NCBI GenBank assembly: GCA_902800905.1
Contig: CADCGC010000003.1
Location: forward strand, 2,283-66,282
Source: an uncultured Erysipelotrichaceae bacterium
Lineage (GTDB): Bacteria; Bacillota_I; Bacilli_A; RFN20; CAG-826
DNA length: 64,000 nucleotides
Direction: 5' to 3'
The first letter of the stretch is position 1. Each line of letters begins with the position of its first letter. Shown here in pieces: positions 56,347 to 64,000 of this stretch. The position numbers and the translations under genes were made by a program. The notes beneath the pieces were generated by a model that saw nothing but the letters and a program-made list of their open reading frames with translations, did not search any database and was not told where the DNA came from.

Positions 56347-57828
56347 ATGGAAGAACAAAAGAAAAAGAAATTTCGTTTTAGATTCCCATTATGGGCCAAG
56401 ACATTAATCGTTTTAGTGTTATCCGTTTCACTCGTTAGTATTGTCGCGGTTGTTTTCTCTACGAACGTTTACAAAGACATCACAAGAAACCACTACATTG
56501 AACACTCTATCGAACTCGCGGACACTCTTGGTATGTATCTCAATCTTGATGACACCAAAGCAGTTAAAAACAAGGTTGACACTATTTACAAAGGCCTCTC
56601 AGAAGAACAAAAAGTTGAGAACTCTTATTGGGGAGAACCAGAATGGGAAGCATATTTACAAAACTACAACGAAGTAGTTGCAATGCCAGAATACACTCGT
56701 CTATTCAACCAAATTCATGAATTCCATTCAAAGAATAATGTGAAATTCACATATCTTGCTTACGCTGATTTTACAAATTATAGACTTATCTATTTAGTGG
56801 ATGATTCTCCAGAAGAAGAAAGATGTCTTCCGGGAAGTTTTGATGATTTCACTGAAAGTGATATGACAATCTTTGATCACCTTGAAAGCGGTTTCACTCC
56901 TGAAATTACTAACATGCCAGAATATGGATATCTCGCTAGTGTTGGTAGACCAATCTTTGATGGTACTACCCACAATATGGAAACATTAGTGGCTTTCTCC
57001 TTAGTAGACCTTTCAATGGATGACATCATCGCTAAAGAAAACGAAGGAATTAGAACACTATCGTTCCTCTTAGCGGGATTAGGTGCTGGAGCGGTCATTA
57101 TTAGCTATATTCTTGTTTTAATCTTACTTGTTAGACCAGTAAGAAAGCTCACTAAAGTCGCTAATGAATATGTTGAAGGTGGAGATGAAAACTTAAATAA
57201 ATTCAGTAAGATTAAGATTAACACCGCTGATGAAATTGAAGACTTATCTAACTCCATGAAGAAGATGGAAGAAGATCTTAACCGCTACATCACCGACCTC
57301 TTATCTACAAGTACCAAGCTTGAAGGTGCAGAGAAACAAGCGATTGAAATGAAGCACCTCGCTGTTGTTGATGCTTTAACTAATGTTGGTAACAAACTCG
57401 CGTATTTTGAAACAGAAGAAAGATTAAATGCCTTAATTAATGAGAATAACGCTAAATTTGCTATCTGCATGATTGACTTAAATGATCTAAAACTCACTAA
57501 CGACACGATGGGTCATGAAACAGGTGATGACTTAATTGTTGAATTAAGTAATATCATTAAAAATGTCTTTGTGAACTCAACGATCTATCGTATTGGTGGA
57601 GATGAATTCGCGGTTGTTATTGAAGGTGAAGAAGTTAAGAACCTTAAGAAATTAGAAAATCAATTCATTGCTCGTATTCAAGAGTCAATAAATAAAGGCG
57701 GAGATATCATTGTCTCTGCAGCGATTGGTTCAGCGACATTCAATCCAAATATTGATAACAACGTTGAAGATACATTCAAGCGCGCTGACACAAGAATGTA
57801 TGAGAGCAAAAAGAAAATGAAAAAATAG
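56347..57828 (+). CDS. Sensor diguanylate cyclase: TM – extracytoplasmic sensor (Cache-like) – TM – coiled coil – GGDEF
   Basis: Two TM helices flank a ~200-aa extracellular domain. GGDEF active site RIGGDEF. 493 aa. Confidence 0.75.
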   Translation: MEEQKKKKFRFRFPLWAKTLIVLVLSVSLVSIVAVVFSTNVYKDITRNHYIEHSIELADTLGMYLNLDDTKAVKNKVDTIYKGLSEEQKVENSYWGEPEWEAYLQNYNEVVAMPEYTRLFNQIHEFHSKNNVKFTYLAYADFTNYRLIYLVDDSPEEERCLPGSFDDFTESDMTIFDHLESGFTPEITNMPEYGYLASVGRPIFDGTTHNMETLVAFSLVDLSMDDIIAKENEGIRTLSFLLAGLGAGAVIISYILVLILLVRPVRKLTKVANEYVEGGDENLNKFSKIKINTADEIEDLSNSMKKMEEDLNRYITDLLSTSTKLEGAEKQAIEMKHLAVVDALTNVGNKLAYFETEERLNALINENNAKFAICMIDLNDLKLTNDTMGHETGDDLIVELSNIIKNVFVNSTIYRIGGDEFAVVIEGEEVKNLKKLENQFIARIQESINKGGDIIVSAAIGSATFNPNIDNNVEDTFKRADTRMYESKKKMKK

Positions 57829-57853
57829 GGGATGCTTAAACATCCCTTTTCTT
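57828..57853 (+). terminator. Rho-independent terminator
   Basis: ggggatg-cttaaa-catccc hairpin followed by ttttc. Confidence 0.6.
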
Positions 57854-57975
57854 ATATTAATTTAATTGTTTTTCCACTTAGTCTTTTTTTGTTTTAAGGT
57901 TTCTTCTAGGTTGTCACACTGAGAGAAGTGATTGCTAATATCAACGTTTAGGCGACATAAATTAATGGTACTAAG

Positions 57976-59244
57976 TTATATGAATTTTTCGTTGTTAAGA
58001 ATAAAACTAATTAGGTTCATATGTTTGACACCACTTCTTTTTTGTTGAAGTTTGTCGAGCGTTAATAAATATCTCGGATATCCATCTGTTATTGTTTCCA
58101 GTGGAGCGTATTCCCTTTCTTCAGTAATCAATTTCCCGTTTTCATCATAAATATCATTAATGATGCGTGTGGCAACTTGAATGTATGCGTAATCGAGGGT
58201 AATTTCATCTCGAGCAATAAAATCTACTTCAAGTTTTCCAATTCTTCCAACTGAGGCAGAATAGTTATTTGAAAGCAAATAATTATAAACAATATTTTCT
58301 AAAGTAGGACCGTAGTTAATTCTATTGTCTGTTTGATTAGCAAAGTAAAAGCTCAAATCAGAAAGATAGTATTTTTCTTCTCCGTTTAAAGATTTTTTAC
58401 TTTTTAAATCGAAACGGTGACAACAAGATATGATTTTGACATTTTCGAGGATTGTTAAGTACGAATAAACTGTGTTGTTGCTAGGCCTTTTGCCATTTAC
58501 CTTTTCCAAATAATCACAAAGCGATATTACCGATGTTGTTGCTCCATAATTATTAATAATATATGTCTGTATTTGATTAAAAAGATGCCAATTTTTGATT
58601 TTCTTGTTTTTCTTAACATCCTTCTTATATATTTCATCAATGACGCCTTTTACATAATTTCGTTTTTCAAATATCGAATCGTATTTTATTGCAAGAGGAA
58701 ACCCACCTTCCAAAATATAGTTGTTGAACTCGATTTCTAAATCGTTGTTTACAGGCTTTTTGAAAAACTTTTTCATTTCTATATATTCCGAAAAAGATAA
58801 AGTACCAACATTGAATTCTAAGTATCGTCCAGTTAATTTAGTGGCTAATTCCCCAGACAACAAATAAGCATTGCTCCCTGTAATAAAAATCGAGCAATTA
58901 TCATCTTCTCTAAAAGCGTTAATCACCTCTTCATAATCTTTAACATTTTGTATTTCATCAATGAAAAGGTATTTATTTCCTTTAATCGGGTCGAGTTTGT
59001 TTGCAAGAACTTCCTCAAGTTGGTCTGGTTTTTTAATTCTACGATATGGTCTTTTATCAAGATTTAAATAAACGATTTTGCTTTCATCCACACCACTTTT
59101 AACTAGTTCTTTTGCAATCAACTGCATCAAAGATGATTTTCCACATCTTCTAACACCAGTTATTACTTTAATCAAATCGTTTTCATGATAAAAAGGTCTT
59201 ATATTCTTTAAATACAATTCTCTAGAATATAGTTTTTTGTACAT
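57976..59244 (-). CDS. AAA_14/DUF4143-family ATPase
   Basis: Walker A GVRRCGKSS. Walker B LFIDEIQ. Conserved N-terminal RPFYHE. Overall organisation typical of the AAA_14 + DUF4143 family. Confidence 0.65.
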   Translation of the reverse strand: MYKKLYSRELYLKNIRPFYHENDLIKVITGVRRCGKSSLMQLIAKELVKSGVDESKIVYLNLDKRPYRRIKKPDQLEEVLANKLDPIKGNKYLFIDEIQNVKDYEEVINAFREDDNCSIFITGSNAYLLSGELATKLTGRYLEFNVGTLSFSEYIEMKKFFKKPVNNDLEIEFNNYILEGGFPLAIKYDSIFEKRNYVKGVIDEIYKKDVKKNKKIKNWHLFNQIQTYIINNYGATTSVISLCDYLEKVNGKRPSNNTVYSYLTILENVKIISCCHRFDLKSKKSLNGEEKYYLSDLSFYFANQTDNRINYGPTLENIVYNYLLSNNYSASVGRIGKLEVDFIARDEITLDYAYIQVATRIINDIYDENGKLITEEREYAPLETITDGYPRYLLTLDKLQQKRSGVKHMNLISFILNNEKFI

Positions 59245-59590
59245 CTAAATCACCTCGCAACAATAATATATCACGAAAATGGTACTTTATCTGCATTTTT
59301 TTGTAATTTTTTGATTTTTTTTCACTTTATACCAGTACTTCATATATATACTCTAGAATCATTCTCTTTTTCTTAAATCATTTTCATTGATAAAATTGTT
59401 AGTGCTCATTTAACGTTCTTAAGTAAGAAACTATCGCTTATTTAAATGGCGAGAGTGTGTCGCTATATATACGGCGTTTGTTAACAATTTTCCTAGTACT
59501 TTGATTTTTGTTGAGTCAAGCTTCTATGATTACATAGCCATTACTCCCATCTTGATTATTTTGAATATATGTTATAGGGTTAGAGAGAAT

Positions 59591-60124
59591 ATGAGTGATA
59601 ACAATAAAGAAAAGAAAAAGATTAATAAATGGTTAATAACTATTCTTTTGTTGCTTCTTCTATTAATAGGAGCAGTACTAGCGATATTTCTTCCTGGAAT
59701 CATTAATGGAAATAAGGAAGATACAAAATATGTTTCTTCCTATACAGTGAATCTCATTAATGATTCATCATCATTAGATACAGATAAATCATTCACTCTT
59801 CATTTAACTAATGAAGTATTAAATAAAGAAGAATCATTAAGATTTTCCTCTACTGATAATAATGTAGGTGTTGGTCCATATCTCACTAAACCATATATCT
59901 TTGAAGATCGAGGTGGGGTTAATAGTAATGTCAAAATAGAATTCACTATCAGTGACCTCACTATCAAAGAAATCAAATATGAAATAAGTGTGTCAGATAT
60001 TGATGGTAATAACATCACCATCTTAGATGAATCATCATATACATTAGAGAATAACTCTGTTACATACGTATCCACTAGTGATATTTTCATTAACAAAGTA
60101 GTTGTAACTTACTCTATAAAATAA
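59591..60124 (+). CDS. N-terminally membrane-anchored hypothetical protein with a Ser/Thr/Asn-rich extracellular part
   Basis: The first ATG with RBS-like AGAGAGAAT is at 59591 (MSDNNKEKKK…); the track extends to 59501. A single TM helix (LITILLLLLLLIGAVLAIFL). Confidence 0.4.
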   Translation: MSDNNKEKKKINKWLITILLLLLLLIGAVLAIFLPGIINGNKEDTKYVSSYTVNLINDSSSLDTDKSFTLHLTNEVLNKEESLRFSSTDNNVGVGPYLTKPYIFEDRGGVNSNVKIEFTISDLTIKEIKYEISVSDIDGNNITILDESSYTLENNSVTYVSTSDIFINKVVVTYSIK

Positions 60125-60140
60125 ATAAATTGTATTTTTA

Positions 60141-60944
60141 TTAAATCCTTGTGATAAAGGAGATAATTGTTTCCTTAACGACTTCGTAGTCAACATCTAT
60201 CCACTTTGATGCTGGGCTTCTAACTTCTTTAGAAAAGTCTTTATCATCAAGCGTGTCAATTATTGAATCGGTTAATTCATTAATATCGTTTGGCTTTCTA
60301 TTAGACGATGCAAAAAACAGCTTTAATATGTCCCTGACTTTTGAAGTATCAACAAGTTTGTTAACAATTAAATAATATAAATCATATATATCTTTGTATC
60401 TTGTGCTTAAAGGCCCAAGTCTTGCTAGCGATAACAATTTTTCAGAAAAGATTTGTTCACAAGGATTTACTTTCATTTGAATATTTTTGTTCCCGTTTTC
60501 AAAGGAAAAAACAATCCTTTCTTGTTCAATTGCGGAGTATGTGTGAACGCCGATATCTAGTTTTATTCTCAGTTTGCTTTGCTCTTTGTCTTGAAGCAAC
60601 AAATTTATTCTTACGCCTTGATAATCTTCTTGGTGCAATTTCTCAATGTCGCCAACAATCGATGCGGATATGTCATCGTTAATTGAATCTAACTTTTCAA
60701 CAAACCACCTTATAGATTCGTCTTCAATTGAATATCTAATCAAATCAAAATCAATATCTTGTGTAACGCGTCTATCACTTTTGGTTAAATTGAACATCAC
60801 TATACCACCTTTTAAGGTAACGTGATCTGATAATGGTGATGAGGCAATCTTTGTTAACAAGATTTCTTCCGCTGCCAAATTTTGAGCGTTTCTATAATTG
60901 TGCCCAGAACCAATGTATTTATTAACGATTTCTTTAATTAACAT
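60141..60944 (-). CDS. AbiEii/AbiGii-family nucleotidyltransferase toxin (type IV TA / abortive infection)
   Basis: NTase motif TLKGGIVMF…RVTQDIDFD (GG…DIDF). 267 aa. Immediately downstream of an AbiEi-like gene. Confidence 0.65.
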   Translation of the reverse strand: MLIKEIVNKYIGSGHNYRNAQNLAAEEILLTKIASSPLSDHVTLKGGIVMFNLTKSDRRVTQDIDFDLIRYSIEDESIRWFVEKLDSINDDISASIVGDIEKLHQEDYQGVRINLLLQDKEQSKLRIKLDIGVHTYSAIEQERIVFSFENGNKNIQMKVNPCEQIFSEKLLSLARLGPLSTRYKDIYDLYYLIVNKLVDTSKVRDILKLFFASSNRKPNDINELTDSIIDTLDDKDFSKEVRSPASKWIDVDYEVVKETIISFITRI

Positions 60945-61490
60945 TTATATTGCCTCCTTAATTTTTAGTAATATGCTACTACCATTTGAAAATGATTTAA
61001 GATACCGATTGACCTTATAAAAATCTATTTTGTCTTTAATCTTTCTAAAAGAATTAACAACCTCATAATATATTTCTCTTGGATACTTTTCTTTTAATCT
61101 AAATAGTTCAATTAGAAGTCTTTCTAAATCATATGTTCTTACATATCCTTCTTCTAGTTTTTTAATAGTGACACCAACCTCAAAGAAAGAAGAATCTTGA
61201 TAAGATTGTTTGATATCGCTTCTTCTAATAGGAAAACTGTGTTGTTCAGTTGCAAGATAATAGCGATCCGGAATAAAATCAGTCAATCCATAAATATAAA
61301 ACGCTGAAAGGCCAGTCAGTATTGCGTATGGATATTTTTTATAAATGAATACTTCGCTATTGAAAGAAGAATTGGGTTCATCACAATAATATCCTCTTTC
61401 GAACATAAATAAAGAACCGCCTTTTAATTTGTTTCGGATAGAGTATTCGGTTTCACCTTTTTCCAACAATTCTTTAGTTGTATAAATCAT
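60945..61490 (-). CDS. AbiEi-family antitoxin/transcriptional regulator
   Basis: 181 aa. The C-terminal segment (VRTYDLERLLIELFRLKEKYPRE…) is homologous to the partial gene at 63712-64000. Lies directly upstream of the AbiEii gene. Confidence 0.5.
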   Translation of the reverse strand: MIYTTKELLEKGETEYSIRNKLKGGSLFMFERGYYCDEPNSSFNSEVFIYKKYPYAILTGLSAFYIYGLTDFIPDRYYLATEQHSFPIRRSDIKQSYQDSSFFEVGVTIKKLEEGYVRTYDLERLLIELFRLKEKYPREIYYEVVNSFRKIKDKIDFYKVNRYLKSFSNGSSILLKIKEAI

Positions 61491-61618
61491 ATCTATAATT
61501 TATGTAATTCTAGGTCTTTTGTCAAGAAACACCTAGGATTTCCTAAATATTTTTATCGTGAGAGCAGTCAAAGAAAAAGCGAGTTGAACTGAACTCGCTA
61601 TTTCTTTTGATTGTTGTA

Positions 61619-62530
61619 TTAGTTCTTTTTCTTTCTTAAGAACAAGAATGATCCAATACCCACTAATGAGATAGATGATATTAATACCGCTAAAGCGATA
61701 TATGTATTAGTGTCCTTACTAGCAAAGCTAATAACATCACTATTTCTTGCATATTGATGAGTGTCTCTACTAGTAACAAATTCAGTGTACTTAGTAATAC
61801 TCTTATTGTACTTGTTAATGACAAAGTCATATTTTGACATTGCCCATTCAATAGAGTTATTACTATCATCTTTATCAGCGTCAGTGTAGCTCACATATCT
61901 AAGATAGTTCTTTGCAGGGGCTATTAAGGCGTCATACACATCTTTAGCAGCGTCCCATTCATCTACACTAGGACCATTCACTTTGTCGTCACAGTTGATG
62001 TTTTTCATCGCTGTAACAAATGAGGTAGTAGAAGCATCAAATGAAAGTAGATTTAGTCTCGCGTTATCTCCTGAAGATAGATTAGCCCATAATTCAAATC
62101 CCCAAATGTTATTAGTGAGATTTAAGTAATAAGAATCAGATGTATCTCTAATATATGTATATCCACCACTTTCAACAACTTTCCATTCAAAGTTGCAATT
62201 CTCAACATTCGTGTTGGAATAATATTTCGCATCTTTGCCTAATCTAGCTAAGTAATTGTTGCTATAGAGATTTCTAATATAGTAAACACTTGATTTACCA
62301 GATACCTCTTCAAAGTAATAAGGAGTTGCTAATGAGTTATATGCTTGAGCGGTAATAGAGTAATTGTTTCCTTCTTTTACTCCATAAGAAGAATTCATAT
62401 TTAAGATCCAATATCTTTCACTAGAGGTAAAAGAATCCGCTTTTACTTGTTGATAACTATTATTATTAAATAATAAAGCACCACCTAATAGTGACACCAT
62501 TAATAGACTTGTTAATATCGTTTTCTTCAT
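61619..62530 (-). CDS. Surface protein with a ricin-B-like (beta-trefoil) lectin region and a C-terminal TM anchor
   Basis: Signal peptide. Repeated (Y)YIRN/YIRD…NNYL…FEWKV pattern. C-terminal IALAVLISSISLVGIGSFLFL followed by RKKKN, the same anchor style as the nuclease at 34209. Confidence 0.4.
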   Translation of the reverse strand: MKKTILTSLLMVSLLGGALLFNNNSYQQVKADSFTSSERYWILNMNSSYGVKEGNNYSITAQAYNSLATPYYFEEVSGKSSVYYIRNLYSNNYLARLGKDAKYYSNTNVENCNFEWKVVESGGYTYIRDTSDSYYLNLTNNIWGFELWANLSSGDNARLNLLSFDASTTSFVTAMKNINCDDKVNGPSVDEWDAAKDVYDALIAPAKNYLRYVSYTDADKDDSNNSIEWAMSKYDFVINKYNKSITKYTEFVTSRDTHQYARNSDVISFASKDTNTYIALAVLISSISLVGIGSFLFLRKKKN

Positions 62531-62627
62531 GTTCTCAATCTCCTTACCCTATGGGCATTGTGAAAACAATATATGAATTGTCTATATGTGTCAAGTAAAA
62601 GGAAGAACTATCTCCTTAATATTATTC

Positions 62628-62866
62628 GGGTCGGGTCGAGATATCAGGGTTCTTATATGGTTATTTAAAAGAGCTATCAAAGCCAAAAAGCTTGTTATAA
62701 GAATAGTACCAAAGGTGGAAAGTGTATGCCCATCACGGAATAGCTACCGCAGATGCAAGCATCAGCATGCAACCACGGCGCATCTCTTCGGAGGTAGTAC
62801 AGTGCGATTCAGGAATTCGCTGTCCTGGTTGGTAACAAAAACGTCCCTAGAAAGGATGTTTTTTTA
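62628..62866 (+). ncRNA. Candidate structured RNA of unknown class (GC-rich island, ~240 nt), ending in a bidirectional terminator
   Basis: Local GC is far above the flanking sequence (gggtcgggtcgag…ccacggcgcatctcttcggagg…). Multiple hairpins (gcgattc-agg-aattcgc; ctcttcggag). A -10 TAATAT box sits 7 nt upstream of the GGG start. Terminator acgtcc-ctagaaa-ggatgt followed by ttttttt at 62841-62866. The overlapping 141-aa ORF is Arg-rich and not protein-like. Confidence 0.4.
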
Positions 62867-62882
62867 TAATTATGAATTTTTA

Positions 62883-63719
62883 CTAGTAGCAAACATCTAT
62901 CCAATATTTAATTATATTTACAACATCTTTGAAAGAAAGATTTTCTGCATATTTGACCTTTTTGCCAAAGGCGATCCATCTTTTATTGATATGTTCATTA
63001 TTCATTATTAAATCGATAAGATTAAGTGCTTCTACTTTAGATATGGAACAATTCCTGTAATTACATGTTTGTCTATATGCTTCTCTTAAAATATCGTTAT
63101 TAATATATGTACGCTGCGTTTTGTTTAAAATATATAAATCGTAATAGTCCTTACTTCTACTATTAGCAATACCTCTCGATAAAACAGTTTCAAGTTTCTC
63201 AGCAACTACGCTTTCCAAACTATACGCCTTGATTGGTAGAACTTCTCCAGTTACCAAGCATTTATAATTATAAGAACGCTCTGAAGGAAAAATAGGATCA
63301 CCTGTTGCTATATCAATTCCAAATTGGTATTTAACATTATCGAGTTTTGCTAACATAATAACTTGGAAACCACCATATAAATCATCTTCTCTGATATTTG
63401 AAGAGTCAACAACTGTAAAGGAAATATCATCACCAATATCAATAGATATAATTTCTTTGATTAGTGTTACAATCTTTTCTTTTTCCATAGATACTTTTCT
63501 TAAATAGAAATCCATATCCATAGTGCTTCTTGCATCAATTCCAAGGACAGACGATAAATATAAACCGCCTTTGAGAATTAATTTGTTTTTATATTTTGAA
63601 ACCGCTAAGCGAGATAAAAAAGCATCATAAAAGAAACGATTATAAATAACATTTTGAGAAACATTTAATTCTTTAGCTAGATTATTCGCTCTAGCTTTAA
63701 GTGAATCCTTATTAATCAT
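62883..63719 (-). CDS. AbiEii/AbiGii-family nucleotidyltransferase toxin (second copy)
   Basis: ILKGGLYLSSVLGIDARSTMDMDFYL NTase motif. 278 aa. Confidence 0.65.
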   Translation of the reverse strand: MINKDSLKARANNLAKELNVSQNVIYNRFFYDAFLSRLAVSKYKNKLILKGGLYLSSVLGIDARSTMDMDFYLRKVSMEKEKIVTLIKEIISIDIGDDISFTVVDSSNIREDDLYGGFQVIMLAKLDNVKYQFGIDIATGDPIFPSERSYNYKCLVTGEVLPIKAYSLESVVAEKLETVLSRGIANSRSKDYYDLYILNKTQRTYINNDILREAYRQTCNYRNCSISKVEALNLIDLIMNNEHINKRWIAFGKKVKYAENLSFKDVVNIIKYWIDVCY

Positions 63720-64000
63720 TGTTGACTATCTCCATTACTTCAAACATCTTCTTTTCAATTTTCATTTTTCTTGCATACTCAAATAGCTTTGGTTGGTTAT
63801 TTGTTTTTTTAACATAGAACTTAATAGCCTTAATAAATGTCTCGCTATCATATTTATCACGAAATTTTATGATGTCACATATGGTTCTCTCTTCATCATA
63901 TACTCTTACTTTATTACCAAAAATAGTCTCTATTTCAGTAATTCCAAGATCATATATATCTCTACTAGAGATTCTACGTATAGAAAGATTATCTATTTTA
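63712..64000 (-). CDS. AbiEi-family antitoxin, partial (C-terminal ~95 aa; N-terminus lies beyond the window end)
   Basis: Minus-strand translation …VRVYDEERTICDIIKFRDKYDSETFIKAIKFYVKK…MEIVNND* is homologous to the C-terminus of the ORF at 60945. Its stop overlaps the AbiEii ATG by 8 nt. Confidence 0.5.
   Translation of the reverse strand, partial: KIDNLSIRRISSRDIYDLGITEIETIFGNKVRVYDEERTICDIIKFRDKYDSETFIKAIKFYVKKTNNQPKLFEYARKMKIEKKMFEVMEIVNND

Noticed and set aside
62628-62866. Assigning the GC-rich RNA to tmRNA, RNase P, SRP RNA or a T-box leader
   Set aside because: It lacks the tmRNA T-arm/CCA 3' end, the RNase P GGAAAGUCC element and the SRP domain-IV GGAAGG…AGCAGC. It has no T-box AGGGUGGNACCGCG and no downstream gene in cis. 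It is left unclassified.
62586-63011. 141-aa plus-strand ORF (MCQVKGRTISLILFGSGRDIRVL…)
   Set aside because: Arg/Lys-rich and not protein-like. It overlaps the GC-rich structured-RNA candidate and the 5' end of the convergent AbiEii gene, so it is judged non-coding.
1-64000. Search for CRISPR arrays, tRNA/rRNA genes, transposases and integrases
   Set aside because: No regularly spaced direct repeats, no tRNA-like T-arm or acceptor motifs, no rRNA signature strings and no DDE, serine or tyrosine recombinase ORFs were found. The accessory regions therefore lack an obvious mobility gene in this window.

Overview
AT-rich (~33% GC) bacterial chromosome segment with the standard genetic code (TGA is used as a stop). 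The gene content suggests a low-GC Bacillota/Mycoplasmatota-like anaerobe. The six-frame ORF track extends several ORFs to GTG/TTG codons; I trimmed those to the first ATG that has a Shine-Dalgarno sequence where this was clear. Content in order along the window:
(1) 1-13.2 kb: a sugar-utilisation block. An MFS transporter and a GH2 glycosidase are on the plus strand. A long minus-strand operon follows: GT28-like glycosyltransferase, GPH-family symporter, galK, galM, flavin reductase, PatB/MalY C-S lyase, DUF3737 protein, SDR oxidoreductase, YhhQ/QueT-family transporter. The transporter is preceded by a preQ1-I-like riboswitch.
(2) 13.2-17.9 kb: two divergently transcribed hypB paralogues, a 964-aa GltD/NfnB-like Fe-S flavoprotein, then hypA. 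No hydrogenase structural genes are present in the window.
(3) 18-28.8 kb: housekeeping genes (PlsC-like acyltransferase, ttcA, M29 aminopeptidase, rpmE, metG, rlmD) plus a Phd/YefM::PIN fusion protein.
(4) 28.8-37.7 kb: an accessory island with an XRE regulator, a DUF1016/YhcG PD-(D/E)XK protein, a hypothetical protein and a metallophosphoesterase in one cassette, two membrane proteins, and a 1034-aa surface-anchored Endonuclease-I-family nuclease. The island ends at a GH3 beta-glucosidase C-terminal remnant (pseudogene).
(5) 38-44.9 kb: a GGDEF cyclase, then a two-gene minus-strand operon encoding a DUF4062-like::NACHT-like STAND NTPase (762 aa) translationally coupled to an aromatic-rich 279-aa partner. 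I judge this the most likely undescribed system in the window. An acyltransferase and an HD-GYP phosphodiesterase follow.
(6) 45-50.7 kb: a family of paralogous secreted proteins and lipoproteins, one of them a BspA-type LRR protein, with module shuffling.
(7) 50.8-57.8 kb: Na/Pi symporter, a 910-aa membrane protein, a DUF1292 protein, and a c-di-GMP-I (GEMM) riboswitch upstream of a sensor GGDEF cyclase.
(8) 58-64 kb: AAA/DUF4143 ATPase and two AbiEi/AbiEii pairs. Between the pairs sit a lectin-like surface protein and a ~240-nt GC-rich structured RNA candidate of unknown class.
No tRNA, rRNA, CRISPR array or transposase was found.
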